Shown: one piece after another, positions 1 through 8,093 of the stretch
Layout of the letters: each line of letters begins with the position of its first letter
Position numbering within the stretch: position 1 is the stretch's first letter
IMG/VR virus record: IMGVR_UViG_3300032282_001987
DNA length: 64,000 nt
Origin: an uncultured virus (IMG/VR IMGVR_UViG_3300032282_001987)
Lineage: Duplodnaviria > Heunggongvirae > Uroviricota > Caudoviricetes
Reading direction: 5' to 3' (one strand)
Program-made: the position numbers and the translations under genes
The notes under the pieces: model-generated
Seen by the model: the letters and a program-made list of their open reading frames with translations, nothing else
Database searches by the model: none
Told to the model about the DNA's origin: nothing

Positions 1-1265
1 CGTATGTTAGCTGTTGCTGCTGTGAACAATGTATTGGATCTGATCAATCCAGTGTTGGCATAGATGTCTTTTGGTGCGTAGAAATTACCAGTGTTACCGA
101 ATTTCCAGTAGTTGGCACCTACATTGATCTCGATCCCTACATCATCTACTAATAGATTGGCTGAGTATAGAGCATTAGTATAGCTTAACTGTACGTTACC
201 ATTAATACCTGCCGCATAGATTCCCAACGCATTCGCTGTGCCTACAACATAACTGTTGCTGCTATTGAACGAGACGTTAGATACATTCGTGACATTGCTG
301 ACTGATATGTTTCCAGATAATGTTACTAGGTTGCTAGACTTGTTGAATGTCAGACCAGTAGCGGCTTTGATGACATTACCGTCGTTGAACAATACTTCTG
401 TATTATTTCCCGGTGCAGTGAGATTACCTACAACATTACCGTATAGATTACCGTTGAAGTTGTTAGCATTGACATTGCCGATAACGTTGATATTGTTACT
501 TACATTCGCGTTACCAGTGATATCGAGCATGCCAGATTTGATCTGGGCATAGTTAGTACCTAACTTGAACACCCATGCATTAGCACTGTCTGTCCATAAT
601 AACGTAGCGTGGTCGCCGGCGCCACGATCTATCTCGATACCTGATGTATCGTTTGTAACACCCGATCCAGGTTGACCTTTGTTAAGAATTATAGTGTTAT
701 CATTGATCTCAGTATTAGAAGTCTGGATACTAGTCAATGTGCCCTGAACTGTTAAGTTTCCACCTACTGTGACATCAGATGATGTAGAAATCTTGTTTAC
801 GGTCAACGTGTTGGTCAACGAGTTGTATAGTAGATTACCATGATCTACTAGTTGACCGCCGTCACCGACAAACACTACGCGAGATTTCACTAGTGCGTTA
901 GATGTTAATGTATTACCAACTATATTACCAGAAGCATCTATGTTTACTGTGCTGAATTTTCTAGATGTATCATCATATGTTAGATTAGAGCTACCAGCAA
1001 AATCATTTCCTAGATTATATTGAATCTGATTATTGGCACCGGCTGCTTGTTGTAAGTCCCAAGGCAAGCCGTTAGCGTATAACAAGTGATCCGTTTTTAC
1101 ATTACCGGCTAAGACATTACCTGTGACATTCGCATGTAATGAATTTACATTCGCAGTGAACGTACCATTGCTAGTGGTGATATCACCATTAGGTAATATT
1201 ATGATTGTTGGTACTTCACCAACTGAGAAACCACCAACCGAGTTAAATGTTCTTAAACTTGCCAT
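1..1265 (-). CDS. Fibre-like / beta-rich virion structural protein (partial, runs off the left edge; not in the ORF track)
   Basis: Manual translation from ATG at 1265 gives MASLRTFNSVGGFSVGEVPTIIILPNGDITTSN...; later segments read DNTIILNKGQPGSGVTNDTSGIEIDRG and two G-x-N-x-x-(I/V)-x-(Y/F)-N modules. Rich in N/G/T/V. N-terminus is similar to the 1278-1979 product. Confidence 0.75.
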   Translation of the reverse strand, partial: MASLRTFNSVGGFSVGEVPTIIILPNGDITTSNGTFTANVNSLHANVTGNVLAGNVKTDHLLYANGLPWDLQQAAGANNQIQYNLGNDFAGSSNLTYDDTSRKFSTVNIDASGNIVGNTLTSNALVKSRVVFVGDGGQLVDHGNLLYNSLTNTLTVNKISTSSDVTVGGNLTVQGTLTSIQTSNTEINDNTIILNKGQPGSGVTNDTSGIEIDRGAGDHATLLWTDSANAWVFKLGTNYAQIKSGMLDITGNANVSNNINVIGNVNANNFNGNLYGNVVGNLTAPGNNTEVLFNDGNVIKAATGLTFNKSSNLVTLSGNISVSNVTNVSNVSFNSSNSYVVGTANALGIYAAGINGNVQLSYTNALYSANLLVDDVGIEINVGANYWKFGNTGNFYAPKDIYANTGLIRSNTLFTAATANI

Positions 1266-1277
1266 TTATTATGATCC

Positions 1278-1979
1278 TTAGGCTTTAAATTTCGTAACCA
1301 TTATCTTGTATTCTGTGTGATGCGCTGATCCAGGTGTCACTACTAAGACTACATTACCGCTAGGACCACCTGATTCGAATAATACTTTGAAGTCTCCTAC
1401 TTCTGGACTACCATATGGTGTGATCGCAGTTCCGAACTCTGAATACTCTACGTCACTACCTAAAACGATTCCATCTAGTTTGCTTATCTGTCTGATAGTA
1501 GACACGGTATCGGTAGCGATGACAGTGTAATCTACCCCGACGATGCCTCCTGCTACTGTCCTATGCAAGACTTGGTTAGCTGTCGTGCTAGTAGTCGTGG
1601 CTAACAATGAAGATATCTCATAGAATTGATTGACTCCGGAACCTAGTGCGAATGTGTTCGCAGACAATGCACCGTCTACATTCAGGCTGCTGTTTGCATT
1701 GTCAAATGATAGTGTTCCAGTAGCTTCTGCTGTTCCACCATTATTATACAATAGTCCACCGTTAGCACCAGTTATTATGATGTTAGCAGTGATGTTACCG
1801 TGAACGTTGCCGTAGAAGTCATTAGCAGTGATATTACCATAACATAGTATGTCATTAGTCACTGTCAGATCAGCAATGGTGGCACGATTGGAAGTGATGT
1901 TTCCATTAGAGTCAACGATTGTTATCGGTGGTATGTTGACAGTATAGCCACCTACGGAGTTGAATGCTTCTGCTGCCAT
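1278..1979 (-). CDS. Beta-rich virion structural protein (fibre/decoration-like), paralogue of the adjacent gene
   Basis: 233 aa; starts AFNSVGGYTV; GNITAN repeats; preceded by a GATAAATA box at 2009-2016. Confidence 0.65.
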   Translation of the reverse strand: MAAEAFNSVGGYTVNIPPITIVDSNGNITSNRATIADLTVTNDILCYGNITANDFYGNVHGNITANIIITGANGGLLYNNGGTAEATGTLSFDNANSSLNVDGALSANTFALGSGVNQFYEISSLLATTTSTTANQVLHRTVAGGIVGVDYTVIATDTVSTIRQISKLDGIVLGSDVEYSEFGTAITPYGSPEVGDFKVLFESGGPSGNVVLVVTPGSAHHTEYKIMVTKFKA

Positions 1980-2008
1980 TTTGAAGTCCCAAATAGTGTT
2001 TTATATCT

Positions 2009-2016
2009 TATTTATC
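2009..2016 (-). promoter_or_regulatory. Putative late promoter box GATAAATA
   Basis: TATTTATC on the + strand, just downstream of the capsid terminator and upstream of 1979; resembles the T4 late promoter TATAAATA. Confidence 0.6.
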
Positions 2017-2048
2017 AATTTTAGACAATTACATTTATCCATATCCAA

Positions 2049-2071
2049 TAAAAAAGCCCCTTGCGGGGCTT
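2049..2071 (-). terminator. Rho-independent terminator of the major capsid transcript
   Basis: Minus strand reads AAGCCCC-GCAA-GGGGCTT followed by a T run (GNRA tetraloop), about 40 nt after the capsid stop. Confidence 0.9.
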
Positions 2072-2108
2072 CTTTATCTCTTCCCATCCCTGAGTAGAGT
2101 CACTAAGA

Positions 2109-3308
2109 TTACTGGAATGATAGTGTGTTAGCGATAGCAATCTCGCCTAGGTAATCTGCTGCGTTACCGAAGCTGCTTGCTGTGTTTGTCAACTCAACAT
2201 AACCGTAACGAGTCATGAAGCTCACGACTGGTTCGAATGTTGATGGATCTAGGACAACGCCGCTGCTCATCAATGGGATGTATGGGCAGTAGAATGCTGC
2301 TGCGTCTGTCTCGCTAGAACCTTTGTAGCCGACTAGAACTGCTTGTGTGTCGCTTGCATAGCTGTTTACGAACACGCGCATTGCACCGTTCAATGTACCA
2401 ACTAACTTTGTGTTTGTTGGTGCTTCGAATGTACCTTCTGTGGTACGTGCGAATGCTGAAGTGGTTGCTGACTGAAGAACAGTCAATGCTGCTGGGGAAA
2501 CAACTGCCCAGTTACCAGCACCACGACGAGTACGTTGAGCGATCAAGTTAGCAACGCGGTTGATCAACACTGCCAATGCGGCGTGCTCATCACCAACGAA
2601 TGTAGCTGTACCAGAAACAGTTGCTTGATTGTAAGTGTACTCAGTTGTAGCCAATGTTGATAGGCTCAATAGAATCTCTTGGTCAATTTCAGCAGTGATT
2701 TCTTGTGCTAGTGCTGCCATGATTTCTGCTTCAACGTCGATACCATGCTGACTCTGTGCGTCTTGTGCTGCTTCGAAAGTCCAGCGAGCTTGTAGCTTGC
2801 GTGACTTAGCTTCTACAGCTTGACGTAGAATCTGAACGCTGATCTGCTTACCGCCATTACCTTCTAGCAATGCTGTGTTAGCACCAGTGTATGAAGATGA
2901 TGAAGCTGCGTTAGCTTGAACAGTTGAGTAAGCCTGAGCGATCTTGAATGGGCTCAATGCTTCTTCACCTGCGACAACTGCTGTATCATTAGCACCAGAA
3001 GCGCCCAATGAATTAGCATAGCGAACACGTAGAGTATGGATCTGACCAACTGGGCCAGTCATTGGCTGAACGCCAACCAACTCATTAGCAATAACAGTTG
3101 GCATAACACGACGGATCACTGGTAGAATCACACGATTCAATGTTGCGATGTTACCTGCAGTAGTAGTACCTGCGCTACTTTCTGAGAGTAGTGACTTCTT
3201 GGTGTTTTCTAAAATAACACCCATTGTTGAGCGGCGAGTACCTTTAAGACCTTCTAACAGGGCTTCTTTGGTCTCGTCCCAACGGCTTTCTAATAGAACT
3301 TGTGACAT
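2109..3308 (-). CDS. gp23: Major capsid protein (T4 gp23-like)
   Basis: Motifs RRVMPTVIANELVGVQPMTGPVGQI, VEAKSRKLQARWTFEAAQD, EITAEIDQEI, AFYCPYIPL, FMTRYG; strong AGGAG RBS; follows scaffold and protease. Confidence 0.97.
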   Translation of the reverse strand: MSQVLLESRWDETKEALLEGLKGTRRSTMGVILENTKKSLLSESSAGTTTAGNIATLNRVILPVIRRVMPTVIANELVGVQPMTGPVGQIHTLRVRYANSLGASGANDTAVVAGEEALSPFKIAQAYSTVQANAASSSSYTGANTALLEGNGGKQISVQILRQAVEAKSRKLQARWTFEAAQDAQSQHGIDVEAEIMAALAQEITAEIDQEILLSLSTLATTEYTYNQATVSGTATFVGDEHAALAVLINRVANLIAQRTRRGAGNWAVVSPAALTVLQSATTSAFARTTEGTFEAPTNTKLVGTLNGAMRVFVNSYASDTQAVLVGYKGSSETDAAAFYCPYIPLMSSGVVLDPSTFEPVVSFMTRYGYVELTNTASSFGNAADYLGEIAIANTLSFQ

Positions 3309-3339
3309 TTTTATTTTCTCCTAAATTTATGTCGATATA

Positions 3340-4437
3340 TTAAAGCCCTGCCAAACGCTTAAGGTTGATAACGTTATCACGTTGCTCAACTTCAGTTTGT
3401 TTGTTAGCAGACTTATCACCAGTGACCTCATTAACGCTTTCCTTGATTACTTGCTTTACAGCTTTCTTCTCGGTTGTGCTATTGAGTACAGCTGGTAGAT
3501 ATTTATCGAAAGCGGCCTGAAGACGAGGTGTTTGGACGCTCTCTAGTAAATCCTGCATTATCACTGCTTTTTCCTCATTGAGAGTTCCTAGCAGACTAGA
3601 CATAACCTTCTCACGTTGGTTACTCTCTTTGATAATACGGACTTCACGTTCTTTACTTTCAACTAACTTCTGTGCTTCTTTGACTGACTTCATGGACTCA
3701 GCTAGTTGTTCATCTTTCTGGTGTAATGTTGCCATTAGCTTACGTGTCTCAGCCTTATCGTTTAGATAAGTTGTGCTGAACTCGCTTGCGAAAGATTCGA
3801 AAATACGACGGCCAAAATCGTTCTCACGTGAGGCTTTGATATCTTCTTTCAACTGCTGCATTTCACTCTTGAGGTGTTTAGCTACAGATTCGTTCATGCG
3901 TTTGGCACTCTCAGTTACAAACTTAGCTTTGAGAGCTTCCAACTGCTTACGACCTTCAGCAACTAACTTGACCTTTGCTTCAACTACAGCCTTCTTGTCC
4001 TGTGAGAACTCTTTGATCTCACGTGCAAGAGCGTGAACGATGAACTGCTCTAGCTTCTGCTGACTTTCTTTCTGTATTTGGCGCTCACCGCGTAGTTCTT
4101 TGATCTCTTCGGCTAGTTTAGTAACCATAAATTCATTGAACTTAGCTGCGTTTTCCTGCAACTTGCGCTTTGCGTTTACACGGTCTTCGTGCATTGCTTG
4201 TCTTTCAGACTGAAATTCGGAAATCTCAGCTTCTAGACCTTCTGTAACCATATTGTCAAGGGCTTCAACCATTATGTTCTTGTCATGTTCATAACGTTGT
4301 GCGAATTCCTCGCGGAGTTCTGCACGTACTTGTTCACGCGCCTCAACCAACTTTGATTCCCATGCCTCATTGATAGCTTGGCTGGTTTCTTCGTTGATTA
4401 AGCCACTTTCAAGTAATGGCTTGATAGCATCTAACAT
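3340..4437 (-). CDS. gp22: Prohead core scaffold protein (gp22-like)
   Basis: Glu/Lys-rich coiled coil between the protease and capsid genes; many (L/I/V)xE motifs; ends LKRLAGL. Confidence 0.8.
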   Translation of the reverse strand: MLDAIKPLLESGLINEETSQAINEAWESKLVEAREQVRAELREEFAQRYEHDKNIMVEALDNMVTEGLEAEISEFQSERQAMHEDRVNAKRKLQENAAKFNEFMVTKLAEEIKELRGERQIQKESQQKLEQFIVHALAREIKEFSQDKKAVVEAKVKLVAEGRKQLEALKAKFVTESAKRMNESVAKHLKSEMQQLKEDIKASRENDFGRRIFESFASEFSTTYLNDKAETRKLMATLHQKDEQLAESMKSVKEAQKLVESKEREVRIIKESNQREKVMSSLLGTLNEEKAVIMQDLLESVQTPRLQAAFDKYLPAVLNSTTEKKAVKQVIKESVNEVTGDKSANKQTEVEQRDNVINLKRLAGL

Positions 4438-4439
4438 GC

Positions 4440-5081
4440 TTATTCCCCTTTAATCTTGAGGTCCTTGATAAGACGAACCACTTCGTCTTTCAGGTATCTC
4501 TGTACTTTTTTATCGCTTTGTGCATCTTTTGCGATTCCCAACATCTTATGACCATTCTTCATGTTCATAAGCCCTTCATAAATTGCTTTTGGATATGCAT
4601 TAGGTGCACTTGGTTGTGCAACTATATCCACAGTGACGATCTCGAAGTCACTGACACGGCCATCTAGATCATTGACGTTACCGCTACCACGACTAGACAC
4701 GCCTAATTTGACACCGCTCTCCAACATAGTCTTTACTAACAGACCCATTGGAGTTGGTAAAATCTTGAGTTTTCCAAAACCGTTGGCACCGTCCATCCAC
4801 ATGTTAGTTATCATGTGTGATACACGATCTAGATTGATTTTGAGGTCATCTGGGTGATCGACTTCTCCCAGAACACTGTAACCTTCTTGGATTTGCTGAT
4901 TAAGAGTCTCGACGGCTGATTCGATTTCAGAAAGGGGGTAAACACGCTCATTCGCGTTCTTTACCCCACCCTGAATGAAGATGCCTTTCATGTAAAGGCT
5001 CTTCAAATCACCTTCACCTGCACTCTCGACCACCATGTTAGCACGGTCGAAAGTTAGATGCTCCTTAAGATACAAAGCCAT
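4440..5081 (-). CDS. gp21: Prohead core protease (gp21-like)
   Basis: GIFIQGGVKNANERVY, LGEVDHP, VSHMI, GKLKILPTPMG, LGVSSRGSG, DIVAQPSAPNAY motifs. Confidence 0.95.
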   Translation of the reverse strand: MALYLKEHLTFDRANMVVESAGEGDLKSLYMKGIFIQGGVKNANERVYPLSEIESAVETLNQQIQEGYSVLGEVDHPDDLKINLDRVSHMITNMWMDGANGFGKLKILPTPMGLLVKTMLESGVKLGVSSRGSGNVNDLDGRVSDFEIVTVDIVAQPSAPNAYPKAIYEGLMNMKNGHKMLGIAKDAQSDKKVQRYLKDEVVRLIKDLKIKGE

Positions 5082-5094
5082 ATCTCAGGTTTCC

Positions 5095-5931
5095 TTACTT
5101 AACGCTTTTCTTCGACTTCTTGGACTCACCTAAAGGGCTCTTAGTATTTTGACCATCGTCACCATGCTTTGGCTTAGGAGCTGCTGCTAGATCCTGACCT
5201 TTCTGTCCTGGAGCATTTTTGTATGTTCCTGGGATAGTCTTAGGAGCTTGTGCTTTGCCACCTTTCTCATCGCCACCAAATGCATTGACTGCCTTAGCAC
5301 CGTTGCCGGATACTTTTGGTCCGCCGCTTACTGGGCTCTTAGTGTTCTGACCGTTGTCACCGTGAGTCACGGAGACTTTCTGAAGTTGAACAGCTTCCAT
5401 CACGCCTTCTTCTTCACCTTCTTCACCGGCTTCTTCACCTTCTTCGCCGCCCATCTCTTCGGCACCTTCTTCATCACCCATATCTTCTTCACCGGAGTCT
5501 TTGCCCATCATTTCTTCGAACTCGGCCATCAACTCGTCTAGCTTATCTTCTAGCTCGACTACACGGTCTTCTAATTCTTCTTCACCTGCTTCGCCGCCCA
5601 TATCGTCCATATCGTCAGCGGCTTCTTCACCGTCAACATCGATATCAGCAAATTCGTCATCTTCTTCGGTCATGCCTTCTTCTTCGGCACCGATCTCGCT
5701 CATCAAGCCTTCGACTTGATCACCGCTATGACCTGTTTCTTCTACATTGATGGAAAGACCTTCTTCAACTGTCTCTTCCTCATCATCTTCTTCATCTTCT
5801 TCTTCTTCCATCATATTTTCATAGATTTCACGGCTTTTCTCTACTACGATATCATGAAATAAGGCCTTGGCCTTGTCTTCATCTTCGTTAATGATCAAAT
5901 CGATCAACTGTTCAAATTTTTTGTTATCCAT
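5095..5931 (-). CDS. Highly acidic prohead core protein (position of T4 gp67/gp68)
   Basis: 278 aa; E/D-rich middle; basic G/K/P tail with duplicated HGD(N/D)GQNTKSP; AGGAG RBS; lies between portal and protease. Confidence 0.6.
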   Translation of the reverse strand: MDNKKFEQLIDLIINEDEDKAKALFHDIVVEKSREIYENMMEEEEDEEDDEEETVEEGLSINVEETGHSGDQVEGLMSEIGAEEEGMTEEDDEFADIDVDGEEAADDMDDMGGEAGEEELEDRVVELEDKLDELMAEFEEMMGKDSGEEDMGDEEGAEEMGGEEGEEAGEEGEEEGVMEAVQLQKVSVTHGDNGQNTKSPVSGGPKVSGNGAKAVNAFGGDEKGGKAQAPKTIPGTYKNAPGQKGQDLAAAPKPKHGDDGQNTKSPLGESKKSKKSVK

Positions 5932-5968
5932 TGCAGATCTCCTGTAGATAAAATGGCTTTGTAATATC

Positions 5969-5976
5969 TACTTAGC
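5969..5976 (-). promoter_or_regulatory. Putative late promoter variant GCTAAGTA driving the head operon
   Basis: TACTTAGC on the + strand, upstream of the AGGAG RBS of 5931; variant of the recurring box. Confidence 0.45.
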
Positions 5977-6044
5977 ACGTATTCAGGAAAAGTGCTCAAT
6001 AAGTACTGTTTTTTTACGTTTTTGGCAGGAATAGCCGGAATAGA

Positions 6045-6272
6045 TTACAGAGAAGGTTGTTCTTCTGTAGTCACTGGGGTATATTGTTTGCGGATTTTCT
6101 TGAGGTTCTGTGCATGTTCATAGTTACGCACATCATTCATCTTGCGTAATTTACGTATCTGCTTCAATGTCAGTTTCGTTTTTCTAAACTGTTTCCATTT
6201 AGGTTCGCTGTTGTCTGTAGCAACATCTTGGTAACCATCAACGGGTTTATCGAACATCTCAAATAGTTTCAT
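6045..6272 (-). CDS. Small basic head-module protein
   Basis: 75 aa, MKLFEM...RKTKLTLKQIRKLRKM; GATAAATA box at 6280-6287. Confidence 0.75.
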   Translation of the reverse strand: MKLFEMFDKPVDGYQDVATDNSEPKWKQFRKTKLTLKQIRKLRKMNDVRNYEHAQNLKKIRKQYTPVTTEEQPSL

Positions 6273-6289
6273 AGTTTACTATTTATCAA

Positions 6290-8056
6290 TCATAGCGGGG
6301 GAGGAGGGGGAGGTACTCCCGCCGGGGCTGCTTCAGGTCCACCTACTGCTGGGCCTATCTCAGCTGGCATCTGTTCTGGGTTCTCTTCGTCCGGCATGTT
6401 CTCAGCCGTCTCAGAATCTGCTTCTAGATCACCGGAACTGATACCTATACTACGTAGATCGCCACCTGATGCTTCACTATCTTCAGGTTTCTCTCTTTCT
6501 TCGAACCACATACGGCTGTTCTTCTCGATCTCTTCCTCAGACAAGCCCAAGAATCTTTCCATAGCGAAACGTTTACTGACGTATGGGAACGCTTCCATAG
6601 TCTGGAATACTGTGACACGTGCTGAGTCTAGTTCACTCTGGCGATATGCAGCGAAATTTTGCGGTGCATTAAACTTGATATCGAACAGACTGCTATCGAT
6701 ATTGAGGCCGCGCCAGCGCATGAATAGTTTGAACTCATCATTGAGTTTCTGGCTGATATATTTCTGCAATCTCTCACAGTATTGATTGAATCTGAACTCT
6801 TGTATCATAGCCGTTCCTACACGGCCATCGCTCAATGGTGTAGGATTGTCTTCAGGACCTTGCGGTAGATAGCTGCTAGGAACACGTAGACCACGCGCTA
6901 ATCTGTTATTGAAATAGCGCAAGTCATCGATCTCACCTAGATTCTGTCCACCTTGCAGTGTAGTGACATCGCTACCCCTACCATCAGCAGTGACTGGGAA
7001 GAAGTAATCTTCGTTCATGCTCAATGGGTTATATGTAGAATCTAGCACGCTCTGACCACCCTGTATGCTTGGAATCCTGCGCTGATGTATCTCATTCTTT
7101 ACACGGTCTACGAAAGCCATGGCCATATGACTTGGCATGTTACCCACATCGATCTTGAATATCCTGCGCTCTGGGGCGCGTTGTATACGATAGATCAATA
7201 TAGCATCTTCTAACAGTTCTTTCTGCTTGAACACTTTGAAGATGTTCTCTAACACGCTCTGTCCAAAAGGCCAGTAACGATCTAGACCTTCTGTCAAGCT
7301 GAGATGCACAACGTGTTTAGCATCGACAGCCGCTTCGTTCAACCCCATGCTGAATCTGCTTCCTGTAGTAGAAGGCTGATTGGGTACCGTATAAGTATGT
7401 GGTGCGCTATAGCCACCTGCTCCCGTAGGAGTCTGGAAATCTGTGCTGATCTTCTCAGCGATAGTCAAGTTCTGTAGATTAGGGTTGATATCTTTGACAA
7501 CGTATTGCTCAGGTTTCTTTCCCTCTGTCTCATTGACGATGACCTTAGTCAGTTTAGTCATATCTACCCAGTATAGCTTGAAATTCTCTGGATCGCGTAT
7601 GAAAATCTGATCGCCAAACTTGATCGTGTTGCGGAAAATCTTGAACGCCCTAGTCTCGAATTCGTTCAATTTGCACCATTGTTGCAGTTGTTTCTTCACG
7701 ATATCTACTTCGTGTGGGGTAGGATCCTCATTGAAAACTATCTCGAATGGTGTCCTGTTCTGTTCGTTTAACTGTGTGCTGAACTCAGCGATGATGTCTA
7801 AGCATGCATTGACTTCAGCATCTGCATCCATCATCTCATATTGATTATAACGCTCTACGCGATTTGGGTGTCCTGTGTATACTTCAGGTAATCTGTTCTG
7901 ATAGTTCCTGTATGATACATCTGTGTTATTCGTACCAGTACTAGCAGTCACCCCATAACCATCACCATTCCAAGCTCCATTATTGCTATTGGAACCCGAT
8001 ATAGGACTCATCTGACCCGTTAGATTGGGTGCGCGGAAACGTTTTTTGTATGCCAT
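6290..8056 (-). CDS. gp20: Portal vertex protein (gp20-like)
   Basis: LLEDAILIYRIQRAPERRIFKIDVGNMP, EDYFFP, TLQGGQNLGEIDDLRYF, LRVPSS motifs. Confidence 0.96.
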   Translation of the reverse strand: MAYKKRFRAPNLTGQMSPISGSNSNNGAWNGDGYGVTASTGTNNTDVSYRNYQNRLPEVYTGHPNRVERYNQYEMMDADAEVNACLDIIAEFSTQLNEQNRTPFEIVFNEDPTPHEVDIVKKQLQQWCKLNEFETRAFKIFRNTIKFGDQIFIRDPENFKLYWVDMTKLTKVIVNETEGKKPEQYVVKDINPNLQNLTIAEKISTDFQTPTGAGGYSAPHTYTVPNQPSTTGSRFSMGLNEAAVDAKHVVHLSLTEGLDRYWPFGQSVLENIFKVFKQKELLEDAILIYRIQRAPERRIFKIDVGNMPSHMAMAFVDRVKNEIHQRRIPSIQGGQSVLDSTYNPLSMNEDYFFPVTADGRGSDVTTLQGGQNLGEIDDLRYFNNRLARGLRVPSSYLPQGPEDNPTPLSDGRVGTAMIQEFRFNQYCERLQKYISQKLNDEFKLFMRWRGLNIDSSLFDIKFNAPQNFAAYRQSELDSARVTVFQTMEAFPYVSKRFAMERFLGLSEEEIEKNSRMWFEEREKPEDSEASGGDLRSIGISSGDLEADSETAENMPDEENPEQMPAEIGPAVGGPEAAPAGVPPPPPPL

Positions 8057-8093
8057 AGTTATATTTATCGTTCTATATGTAGGTTGTCTTAAA

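Noticed and set aside
256..552. 98-aa + strand Leu-rich ORF
   Set aside because: Shadow of the real minus-strand gene at 1-1265, which the track missed because it has no stop inside the window.
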